A stretch of DNA of 64,000 nucleotides from Marsupella aquatica. Lineage: Eukaryota; Plantae; Marchantiophyta. The notes below the pieces were generated by a model. That model worked only from the letters and a program-made list of their open reading frames with translations, did not search any database and had not been told where the DNA came from. The translations under genes were made by a program, and so were the position numbers. Shown here one piece after another: positions 1 through 10,857 of the stretch. Within the stretch, counting starts at the first letter, position 1. Each line of letters begins with the position of its first letter. The stretch spans positions 9,497,525 through 9,561,524 of the forward strand of contig OZ316896.1 in NCBI GenBank assembly GCA_973895155.1, in the 5' to 3' direction.

Positions 1-13
1 GCAGGTAATCGGC

Positions 14-2302
14 ATGGGGAGCGTGTCGCGGCTGGGCTATCACATGCCGCTGTTGTGCCGGTATGCCAGAGGTCAGACTTTTGCCCCGGTACTTCCCCTG
101 CAGGTAAGGGCACCCGAGGAAGCTCCAACGCCGAGGCCGTTGGCTGAGAAGCCTCAACCACCTGTTAGTCCTACGATCGAGCAGGTGTTTAGGCCCAGGA
201 AGGAGGACTTGCCGATGCAGCAACCAGGCATGCAGAGTCTGCTGAAACTACTGGAGAAAGAAAAGAAATCGGCATCGGCAACAACAACGGCAACGGCAAC
301 AATGCAGGACACTACTACAGAGGTAGGCCTACACCGGCTCACAAGAGAAAACCCCTTTGCTGGAGACAAGGAGAGAATCAGGCCGGAATCCAAGCCAGGT
401 GTTCGAATGTACGTGGGAACCTCAAGCTCCGAATCTGAGGCAGAATTGCCTGAAGCTCCTACCGACGAAGAGGAGAGGGAGAAGCCGGACGTCCAAGAGG
501 TAGAGGAGGCAGTGGAGGACTACAGCCATGATAATTCCGGCTATGGGTCGGACCATCACGTTCCAGGAGTAAGGACCTGTGGCCGGTTTGTCCCCACACT
601 TCCAAGGGTAGTGCGAGGGGACCCCAACCAGCAGAGTAGCCCTGAGTCTCCCCCACCAGATGTTGCTCCCCCGAGCTTCGACGGCATAAAACAGACGGTG
701 CAGGAATTTCAGGAGCGAATCAAGCAGGAGGAGGAGGCCGCCCTGGCTAAGGAAAAGGATTTACCAGGAGGAGATTGGCCGGAGGACATCAGGCGGCTAG
801 CCAAAAAAGGAAGCAAACCTCTAGCCACGATTGAAGAGATCCGCAGGACGGCTTGGGAGCAGAGGCCGCGATGGGCGATGCCGATCACTTCTACTTACTC
901 CACCTACGCTAAGAATAGAGCCATGGAGTATGGTGAGATGTGTGGGGAACTTGCGCTCGGCATCTTTGGAGAGGAGTTGGAGGTAGGACCCTTTTTCCAT
1001 AGGGAGCAGTTGGAGAAGCACCAATTAGAAGAAGCGGTGGCTTTAGAGAGAAGCAAGAAGGACGAGGTCATTCGGCGGCTTAGGAGGATGGAAGCCGAGA
1101 TTGAAGATCTAAGGGCGGCCAAGAAAGCCCAAGATGAACTGCGGATTAAACGACATGAGCTGAACATCATGCAGGGGCAGTTGGACACCGCGCAGGCTGA
1201 TAATCAGAATATCAAGGATAAACTGACTCAGACGCAGGAAGAGTTGGCCGACACGATCAAAGAGAGGGAGAAGTGGAAGCAAGAGCTGAAGAATACAGAG
1301 GAGGCCCACATAACAGCCAACAGCCGGGCCATGGCGGAGACCCAAAGAAAGGAATGGGCGTTGAAAGGGGAGCTCGAGAAAATCCGCGGAGCCCTTGAGC
1401 AGAAGGAGGCCGAGTTAGGGAAATCCTATCAAGGGATTATGGCGTTGCAGCAGGAGCTTGCGTCCCTGACGGCCAGCTTCAAGGCCGACCTAAGGGAGAA
1501 GGACGAGATGCTCGAACAGACTTACGCCAAGATGAACCAGATGGAGTCTGTCATCATTGCAGAGCTCGACAAGGAGCTAAAAGCAACCCAGGAGGAGAGG
1601 ACTACCTTGAAACAAGAACGGGAGGAAGCCCAGAAGGAACTAGAGGAGGCACGCAAGGACCTGGATGAGACCCAGGAGGAGTTGGAGGAAATCACGAGGA
1701 AGATGGAGAACCTCCAGCGGCGGGCCGACAACCAAACGGAGCGGCTGAAGAAACAAGCCGCAGTATTTAGGTGCTTGTCTTCATCAGGCCCAACTCCAAT
1801 TGGGGCAACCAAGTTACCAGGAGTGGTACTGGCCGAAGAAAAAGCCGCGCCAACTGCACCAGTGCCGGAGGTAAGTGGGAAGGGGAAGGGACCAGCTGCC
1901 GAACCAGAAAAGAAGAAAAAGCGGAAACCTTCAGGGTCAAGGAGTAATCCGACTCCACAAGCCGTGGTGACCAAAGAGGTAGAACCAGCACCATCCTCCG
2001 ACATGAATACGACAATAGATCCCGCTATGATCATAGGTAGGGATGGTGCGGCCCAAGCCGAACTACTCAGTAAGGAGGCCAGTATTCCAGATCCGCCTCT
2101 TGAGCAGGCCGGGGAGACCGTAGCCGAGGCTGAGGCCGTAACCGATTCTCGAGCCGATGCCGACGCCGATGGTGGACCCAGTCAGGCCGATGGAGAGTTG
2201 ACTCAGTCAAGGGCAGGTAATCTGTCAGGGAATGAGCCTACGGCAGTGGCTGAGGAGGAAGCGTTGGGGGCGTCCATTAAGGATCCACCACCGGTGTCGT
2301 GA
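14..2302 (+). CDS. Intact 762-aa (possibly 5'-truncated) ORF with a long central coiled coil; probable extra 3' ORF of an LTR retrotransposon
   Basis: Stop-free 2.3 kb frame that stays open to the window edge. E/K/Q/L heptad-rich segment at about aa 330-585 with acidic/Pro-rich flanks. Followed about 590 bp later by a PPT-like AGCAGGGGAG|TG. Confidence 0.6.
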   Translation: MGSVSRLGYHMPLLCRYARGQTFAPVLPLQVRAPEEAPTPRPLAEKPQPPVSPTIEQVFRPRKEDLPMQQPGMQSLLKLLEKEKKSASATTTATATMQDTTTEVGLHRLTRENPFAGDKERIRPESKPGVRMYVGTSSSESEAELPEAPTDEEEREKPDVQEVEEAVEDYSHDNSGYGSDHHVPGVRTCGRFVPTLPRVVRGDPNQQSSPESPPPDVAPPSFDGIKQTVQEFQERIKQEEEAALAKEKDLPGGDWPEDIRRLAKKGSKPLATIEEIRRTAWEQRPRWAMPITSTYSTYAKNRAMEYGEMCGELALGIFGEELEVGPFFHREQLEKHQLEEAVALERSKKDEVIRRLRRMEAEIEDLRAAKKAQDELRIKRHELNIMQGQLDTAQADNQNIKDKLTQTQEELADTIKEREKWKQELKNTEEAHITANSRAMAETQRKEWALKGELEKIRGALEQKEAELGKSYQGIMALQQELASLTASFKADLREKDEMLEQTYAKMNQMESVIIAELDKELKATQEERTTLKQEREEAQKELEEARKDLDETQEELEEITRKMENLQRRADNQTERLKKQAAVFRCLSSSGPTPIGATKLPGVVLAEEKAAPTAPVPEVSGKGKGPAAEPEKKKKRKPSGSRSNPTPQAVVTKEVEPAPSSDMNTTIDPAMIIGRDGAAQAELLSKEASIPDPPLEQAGETVAEAEAVTDSRADADADGGPSQADGELTQSRAGNLSGNEPTAVAEEEALGASIKDPPPVS

Positions 2303-2879
2303 CGGTGCAAGGGCGCCGTTCCTTTTAGGGAGGGCGGACGTGGAGGGAGGAGGCGTGAGTGGGCAGGGCGGGCGCGGATCTCCACGTTTAGGATTAGGAT
2401 CAGAACCAGGAGCGCCCTGACACTTAGCTTAGTGGGATTGCGGTCCCACTGGTAGGAGCAACACTTGTGCTCCTGCCTTGCTGTACATAGGTAGATTCGG
2501 GCAAGTAGATTACTGTTAAGTAGATTAGGCTTACGATGCAAAGAATGGCGGATCCACTACCAGGATAAGTACCTGGGCAGCGGGGAGCTCAGGGCCTCTT
2601 CTTTAGCAAGTTTTTAGTTTGCACCAGCCGGGCTGGGATCAAGTAGTACGAGAAGCTCTCGGTTAGTCATACAGTGACCCTTGTGTATATTCATGTTTCC
2701 TCATGCCTAAGAGCTGAATAGAGTTGGCCTCACGGCTTAGTTCGCAGAACTTGTGTATGAGATGTACTGTTTGTATGGCAAGTGCATGGTATGACTCAGT
2801 CAGAATGAGTCATTTTGCTATTTGTGTGTCGCATTAACTTGTGTGAAGAGTGCCCACATCAACAGAAGGAAGGAAAGTA

Positions 2880-3112
2880 AGCAGGGGAGTGAGAGTTGGA
2901 TGTGTCGAGCTAAGAGAGGTCTTAGCGGCTTAACCAAGCCTATTGGGGATCATTCCGGCGGCGGAATCCAAACATACCTAACAAGACGGAGGGGAAGACA
3001 GGGGAAGACAGGGGAAGGCCTATATTAGGCCGGCTACGTATCTCATGACCCGATGAAGGATCTGTCCAGTATATGTGTGTAAAATGTTAATAGTAGTAGT
3101 AGAAGGTTAGCA
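2880..3112 (+). mobile_element. Putative PPT (2880-2889) and 3' LTR (TGAGAG at 2890 to TTAGCA at 3112) of the element carrying the 762-aa ORF
   Basis: Purine tract directly abutting TG, a TATA-like CCTATATTA at ~3019 and CA at 3112. Similarity to the Bianca 5'UTR of the 38.8-45.9 kb copy begins just after. An alternative end is TCTCA at 3045. The partner LTR is outside the window. Confidence 0.4.
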
Positions 3113-3671
3113 GCGTCCCATGCCGCTAAGCCGCAGAAACGGCCTCGCCAAGCACGAAACCTGCGGGAATCGGCTTGAGCTGGGGGGTTTCTTGGGTTTA
3201 GGGAGCCATGGGACGCACCACAACCCTCCCTAACTGCAAAATCCATCAAAGAAATTTCAAATACAAAGGAAACATTGCACTTAACCAAATAAGCGCACAT
3301 AATCGCAAAACCTTCATAACTGCACACCGTAACAAATAAAACTTCACTTTACATAGCCGCATGTGCACTCAACCGGGGCACGAGTAAATAATCACCCATA
3401 ACTGCACAAACTGCAAAACTGCATTACTGCACAATTTAACAAAGGAAAGAGCAAATACAAAGGAAACTTTGCAGTTAACCAAATAACAAGGAAAACCTAA
3501 ATCCTAAGTGCAAACCCTAAAATTGAATTCCAGATCTGCATGCCCTCTTCACCCAGACGCACCCTGCATGCCGCATAAATGTGCTTTGTCGACTTTTACT
3601 ATACGTACTAGTACATACGCCCCAATTACCATTAAAAGGAACTTAGAAAGCTAGTGACATAGCAACCCTAG

Positions 3672-6600
3672 ATGGCCAACCTAGAGAAATTGACCTTTCC
3701 AGCTTTAGAAATCGATGGTAACAATTACCTAGAGTGGTCTATGAACCTCAAAGAGAACCTGACCTCTTTAATCCTACTCCTTGCTATAGGAATAGCTCAA
3801 CCCATACTAGCAGGCGAACCCCAACCAGACCCGTTAACCAAGGCCAATGAATCAAAGGCCCTAGTATTCCTTAGACGCCATATCCATAGGTTCTTGCAGA
3901 GACAATACATGCATCTCTCAACCCCTCGCGAGCTATGGACAGCGCTTAAGACCCGATTCGACCACCAAAAATTGGTCGAAACTACCTAGAGCCCGCCAAG
4001 AATGGCTAAACCTAAGGGTCCAGGACTTCACATCCATCTCAACCTACAATAGTGAGCTATTCAGAATCACTTCAACCCTTGCACTCTGTGGCGAGCCAGT
4101 CGCCGACAAGGACTTGCTAGAAAAGACCTTTCCATGTTTCACTCTTCGAACATGTTACTATCAACTCAGTACCGAAACATGAAGTTCGGGCAATACTCAG
4201 AGCTCATCGCCCACCTCCTAGTAACAGAAAGAAACCAAGAGATTTTTTTAGTTAACTCTAGAAAACGCCCCGCGGGTACACTAACCCCAGGACCACAGAG
4301 TGAAACCCATAATATAGAAAACGCTGAACCCTCCACATCAAGGCAGGGTATTAAGCGCACCAGGAATGGCAACCGGAGAAACAACCCCAACAGGGGGATT
4401 TTCTTTAATCAACGCCCACAACATAATTTCCGACGGCCCCTTAGAGGACGTGGAGGAAGTGAAGGACCTGGAGGACGCGGCGGACGTGGAGGACGCGGCG
4501 GTGGGAGAACATATAACAACAACCGAAGAAATAATTGGTCACAATCCCGACAACAACGGGAACGCCCAAAATGCCACGAATGCGACATAACAAACCACCT
4601 AGTAAGAAATTGCAGAATCCCGCAACACCTTAGATCCCTATATCAACAGTCCTCAAGGATGGACAAACCTCTAGGGCACCACCCCGTGAGACCCACGAGG
4701 CGTTTATGGAGTCCAACGACCTATTTCAAGACTTTTTAGATACACCTGTCCAACCCGAGGCACATTTAGTGGCGAGTAGCTCCACAACCCCAGACCTAAA
4801 TAATCCTAGCACATGCATTATTGATAGCGCAACTACGCACACTATCCTTTGGGATAGACACCTTTTCCACAAGATCACACCCTCACGTAGATCACTGACC
4901 ACTATCAATGGTCCTAGCCAAATAGAAGAGGGCTTCGGCCCAGCTTCTATTAGACTCCCACAGGGTACAAAAATCCACATAGAATCTGCTATTTTTGCCC
5001 CGAATGCAACCCGTAATCTCCTCAGTTTTAGAGATATACGAGCAAATAGACTACACGTCCAGACAGGCGATACAAGAGACCAAGAAGTAATTCACTTGGT
5101 TGAAAATACCCCTACGGGGAAAATCATTAAAGAAACTCTTTTCTTGTACCCATGCGGGTTTTACATAACTCAAATTGAATGTTTGCATAACAATGCACAA
5201 CCAAGCGAATTGCCCACGCTCTGGCATGCACGCCTCGGCCACCCCGGCCAATCCATGCTAAGCAAAATTATTAAGAATTCACGCGGCATTCCAACCAATA
5301 TACGCCACATTCCAGCTAGCACCCCATGCACTGCATGCTCACGCGGCAAATTAATAACAAGGCCCACGGCATCAAAATTGCCAACCAAGATACCAAAGTT
5401 CATGGAACTCATACATGCAGATGTTTGCGGGCCAATTAACCCACCGAGCGGACCATTCCTCTACTTTATGGTATTGATCGATGCATCAACCAAATGGTCA
5501 AATGTGACCCTGCTTCCAACGAGGAACATGGTTATGGCTCGCATCTTGGCGCAAATCTTGCGCGTGAAGGCACAATTTCCAGATCACCCCATTAAGACAC
5601 TAAGGATGGACAATGTAGGGGAATTCACATCTGAAACATTTGACAACTTTTGTACATCACTTGGCATTGACGTACAATATCCTGTACCCCACGTGCATTT
5701 TCAGAATGGATTAGCTTAAGCTGTCATTAAACGCCTTCAACTAATTGCACGCCCACTACTAATGCAGTCGAAACTCCCCGTCTGAGCATGGGGACACATC
5801 ATATTATAGGCTAATGCATTAATTCAATACCTCCCATCAACTTTTAATACCTATAGCCCATACCAAATTGCTAACGGTATCAAACCCGATCTATCCCATC
5901 TTCGTTCATTTGGATGTCAAGTAATGGTCCTCATTACTCCACCCAAACGAACCAAGATGGGACCCCAACGACAGTTGGAGATATATATATCGGATTTGAC
6001 TCACCGTCCATCATCAGATATATGGAACCTACAACGGGCGACATTTTTAAAGCCAGATTTCTAGATTGCCATTTTGATGAGCATATTTACCCACCATTAA
6101 TAACCCCTGCACACCCACAACCACCTTTGGAGTGGGAGAGACATTCGCCATTTTGGCAAGAGCTTAGAACAAATCAGGGGGAGAAAGAAGTTAAGCCAAT
6201 TTTGCAACTCCACAAGATTGTGGAAGAACTTCCCGACGCTTTTGTCAATACATCACAAGTTACCCACTCCGTATTCCAATTGCGAGAGCATCTGCTCGCA
6301 TCGAATTATCAAGTGAGCCAGCAAGTACATCCCAGCCTCGTGCAAAACATGGCAGACCCTTGGGATCAAAAGATAAACAACCAAGAAGGCGTGGTTCATC
6401 TATACCCCCCTAACCTGATGTCGATCATACCGAATCTACAACTCATGAAGAGATCTCTATCCACTACGCACACACCGATGCGATGTGGGATAGAAATACT
6501 ACTTCAATAGATGATGTTTTTTCATTAATGGTGATAACACATATCAATGATGATACACCCAAACCAATATCCATCTTAGAATGCCAAAACAGACCAGATT

Positions 6601-8321
6601 GGCCTGAATGGCAAAAAGCTATCAACGGAGAATTAGATTCCCTACTAAGCAGACACACTTTTGGCCCAGTTGAGCCAACACCACAAGACGTACACCTCAT
6701 TGGCTACAAGTGGACCTTCGTCCGCAAAAGAAATGATAAAGGCCAGGTTGTACGCTACAAAGCACGTCTAGTAGGGAAAGGATTTACCCAACAACCGGGA
6801 ATTCATTACGATGAAACTTACTCACCGATTATGGATAGCACAACATTCCGATACCTTATCGGATTTGCCATTTTCCATAAACTTAAGATGCGACAATTGG
6901 ATGTTGCAACCGCATATTTATATGGAACATTAGACACTTGTCTATACATGCAATCACCTCCCGAGTTGGAGCAACGTCGTCGAGCTTTAGCTCAAGGCGC
7001 TACATCGCATATTCCATATTTACATCAGATTATAAAACAATTATCTCAAGTTACATCTCATGTGTCATGTACACATGTAACTCATCACAATGACACTCCT
7101 GTGTCAGCCGTACGACATACTCGTCGTGGACTAGCTATCCGCGTGTTGAAGGCATTATATGGCCTGAAACAAAGTGGCAGAGTATGGTATCAAAGATTCA
7201 CAGATGAAATGATTGCCATGGGTTTTTCCCATGATGCAATTACCCCATGTTTATTTATTAAACATGTGGATGACGAATATGTCATCGTTTCTATTTATGT
7301 CAATGACTTAAACATATTTGGGACACCCCAAATTACAGAAGATATTATTACTCGCCTCAAAACAACATTTGAGATGAAAGACCTTGGCCATACAAACTTT
7401 TGTTTAGGTTTACAACTAGAGATCCTACCCACTGGCATGATGCTCTATCAAACAACACAAACTGAAAAGATCCTAAAACAGTTCAATATGAACCTAGCAC
7501 ATCCATTGACGTCACCAATGGTGGTACGTTCATTAGAAAACAATACTGATGTTTTCCGCTAGCGCGAAGAACATGAACCAATATTAGGACCGGAAACTCC
7601 GTATCTTTCTGTGATAGGAGCATTAATGTATTTAGCAAATCAAACCCGATCAGACATTGCCTTTGCAGTTAACTTACTAGCTAGACACAGTGCAACCCCC
7701 ACAGCCAGACACTGGAACGGAGTTAAGCACGTATTTAGGTATCTGCATGGCACCACCGATACCGGATTATTTTACCCATTAGGTGCAAACCATGAACTCA
7801 TAGGATATGCGGACGCCGGATATCTTTCTGACACTGACACCGCAAAATCCCAAACCGAATATGTTTTTACTATAGGGGGTACCGCTTTTTCTTGGAAAAG
7901 TGTGAAATAGACCCTAACAGCAACCTCATCGAATCACTCAGAGATTTTAGCTCTACATGAGGCTAGTCGTGAAGCCGTTTGGTTACGATCTATTATAAAT
8001 CACATCAATACTAAATGCGGCCTGCCCAAACTAACGAAGCCTACTAATATCTTCGAGGATAACGCAGCATGTATACAACAGATCATGAAAGGATTCATTA
8101 AAGGCGATCGCGTGAAGCATATAGCTCCAAAGTTTTTCTACACCCATGAGTTATATGGAACAGAGATCAACATTTTACAAATTTCAAGTGCAGACAACTG
8201 TGCGGATCTCTTCACCAAATCACTATCGCCAGTCGTTCACCACCGACACTGCCAGGCAATTGGACTACGGAGCATGCAACGCATGATGTCCGTGGAGGCT
8301 GCTGCTCCACATGATGATTGA
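3672..8321 (+). pseudogene. Disrupted gag-pol of copia copy A
   Basis: gag MANLEKLTFPALEIDGNNYLEW; zinc knuckle CHECDITNHLVRNC; protease CIIDSATTHTIL; LWHARLGHPG; integrase IHADVCGP/DNVGEF; RT YKARLV, LYGLKQSGR, YVNDL; RNaseH GYADAGY, ADLFTKSL. Several stops and frameshifts. Confidence 0.95.
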
Positions 8322-8646
8322 TGATGCCGACGACATGATGCTAACGACATGATACCGATGACCTACTATTGAGACAGATGTTAAAGCTAGATTTACTATA
8401 GCATCTGACTTTATTTAGTATTAACATTTATTACAACGAGGACTATTAGGCTGCACTCTTTTTCCTTTAGCACTCATATTTTTCTCTACTACACTGGTAG
8501 AGTTTTTATTTAGCTAGAGTTGATAAAGGTTTTTTAACGAGGCAGTCTACCTCACTTGTACTCACATCATGTATTTCCTATGAACATGATATAATAGGTA
8601 TAGTCTATGTTGTCTATATAGTTGTCACTATATATCCAAAGGGGAG

Positions 8647-8758
8647 TGTTAGACTCTACCTCCTATTGACCGGACCAGCCAGTCATCCGGCACTACTACA
8701 TGTACACACCTTTCCAGACTATACGACAGTTATTGACATTTGCATTATCACACTAACA
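8647..8758 (+). repeat. 3' LTR of copy A (112 bp)
   Basis: TGTTAG...CTAACA terminal inverted repeat immediately after the PPT; the start matches the copy C LTR (TGTTAGACTCTACC). Confidence 0.85.
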
Positions 8759-9004
8759 CTATAATAATTGATGCCACCCTTTTTGGCATTTTGTCCGTTT
8801 CCAAAATGAGCTTAGGGCGGGAGCCATCCCTGGCCGTTGGATTTTTTGATGTATTTCAAGGGCCGTTCATTGGTTTGTTTGTGTGCATCTGCCTCGCTTG
8901 CTAGAGAAAGTATGTCGATATCTCACAACGGTCGGCCTTGCCTCTGCCACCGCCCTGCCTGATGCTTTGATTCACCTCACGCTCACCGTCGGCTATCAGC
9001 AGCC

Positions 9005-9465
9005 ATTGGGGCGCTCCCCCTCCCTCAACCATCTGTCACCATCGAGGCTGCCATTAGAGCGCCCCTGCCTCATCCCTCCCTTGCCATGACCCATCCTGCC
9101 ATCGATCGGGGCGCTCCCCCTCCCTCGGCCATCCCTCGCGCTGCCTCCCTTGGGGCTGCCATCGGGGCGCTCCCCCCTCCCGTCACTCCTCCCTTGCCAT
9201 GGTGCCTCCCTCCCTCCCTCAGGCGCCTCGCCTCTCCTTGCCTCATGCGCCCCCGCCTTGCCATGGATTGTTTTCCAGGCGCTGCTGCCTGGCCGCTCCC
9301 CCTCGCTCGACCATCCCTCACGCGGCCTCCCTCGGGGCTGCCATTGGGGCGCTCCCCCCTCCCATCAACCCTCCCTTGCCACGGCGCCTCCCTCCCTCCC
9401 TCACGCGCCTCGCCTTGCCTCATGCGCCCCTACCTCGCCACGACTTCCTTTCCAGGCGCTGTTGA
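9005..9465. repeat. GC-rich imperfect direct repeats in the Helitron 5' region
   Basis: Recurring GGGGCGCTCCCCCT motif and a duplicated ~180-bp block (CCTCCCTTGCCA...CCAGGCGCTG). Confidence 0.75.
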
Positions 9466-10857
9466 CTGGGCTTGCGCTGCTACCGCCAGGCTTGCCACGG
9501 CCCCTCCCATTCAAGTTGCTGCTGCCCGGGCTCTCCACGGCTTCCTTGGGCCTGTCACACCCGTGCCCCTTGCTAGGGCTGAGCTCGCCTGCATCACCCT
9601 GGCTTGCTTGCCTGCCCTACCCTCCTGCAATGGCCTGCTCCATAGCACGGCCTCCCTCTTCAAGCCAATGCCCTGTCCTGCAGCTCATGCTTTGTGCCAC
9701 GGCCCTTCCTTACTGGGACAGTCGTCCCTCGCTCGCACTTGTTGCACACGCTTGCCTCCTAATGCAAATTCCCTCCTTGGTCCAGGCGTACATGACAGGG
9801 CTTTGCTTGCCCTTGGCTGCCGCGACTCGCTTGCCGTGGCTCCAAAATTGTCGGGAATGTTGACTGGCAGCCTTGTCGTGGCTTTGGTCGCAGTAGTTTT
9901 GGTCACAAGGTATCCATGGTTGTCTCCGCTTGCGCTGGGTTGAGGGCCAAAAAAATGACTTGAAATGTGGTCCAGGGGTGGCAGGACCCCAGAAGCATAT
10001 ATATAAGGGGACTAATGTTTTTGGGGAATCAGCGTGAGAGAATCCGATTGGAACCAAACGAGTGGACAACCAGGATGGGGACCCTGACTGGAGACTACAT
10101 TTTTGGGAAATGGTCGTCACTGAATTCCGTTGGGGCCAAACCTGTGGACTACCCCTCATCACATCTGATGGGGGACTATGTCTTTTTGGAAAACGGCTGT
10201 GGGTGAATCCGGTCTGGGCCAAACCAGTGGACAACCATCAGATCGCATGGGCAGGTCACTGCAGCCCGGATGGGGGACTCAGTGTTTTTGGGAAATGGTT
10301 GTGATAAAACCCAAAGGGGGCGAAAGCAGTTGACGGCCACTACATCCCATGGGTGAGGGCCATTCGGATGGGTGACCACCCCACAAATGGGTTTTGGCCC
10401 AAATTGTTATTTTTGGACCTCTCTGATTTTTTCATGGTTTTGGATGTGGCCATGGGTAACAATCATATGGCCCCTATCGGAAACTTTGTGAACCCCCTTT
10501 GTGCTTATGACAAGGGGTTTTCTGTGAGTGTTTCACATGGGGGCAAAGGCATTTCTCACCTTTTCTAATGCTTGTTGAATTGGTGTCAGCTAAGTGGATA
10601 CCAAAGGGGCAAGAGACGTCCTAGAAGCAAGATGATTGCCGCCAAGGTTGGGAGGGTGAGACGAGGGATTGTGGTAAGTAGTATCGTCAACAGATATTGG
10701 ATCTCCTCACATGTCTCAAGTCTCTTGCAAAGGTGTGGCCCAAACGGCGTTCAACATACTTAGGGGTCTGTCGAGCTTGATTGCAAGTGCATAAAAATTC
10801 TCATATGTTGTGTGGGTTGGATGCAGATGATGGACAGGTTTTGAGAGTTTCTACACC

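Larger units (their letters stand above)
3113..8758 (+). mobile_element. Ty1/copia retrotransposon, Bianca-like (copy A); 5' LTR not in window
   Basis: gag-PR-INT-RT-RNaseH order, PPT AAGGGGAG at 8639-8646 and a short 3' LTR. Colinear with the inverted copy at 38847-45861. Confidence 0.95.

Noticed and set aside
14-2302. Host myosin/SMC/kinesin-like gene
   Set aside because: No motor or ATPase motifs and no introns over 2.3 kb, and it abuts a PPT/LTR-like junction inside a copia UTR. Not fully excluded without upstream sequence.
4620-4740. Programmed gag-pol frameshift in copy A
   Set aside because: Sister copy C reads through this junction in one frame (QQSLKDGQNPRAPPCETHGAFMES), so it is a private 1-bp indel.
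9070-9943. 285-aa and overlapping ORFs as real genes
   Set aside because: Several frames on both strands are open because of high GC and repeats; the peptides are low-complexity with no motifs.
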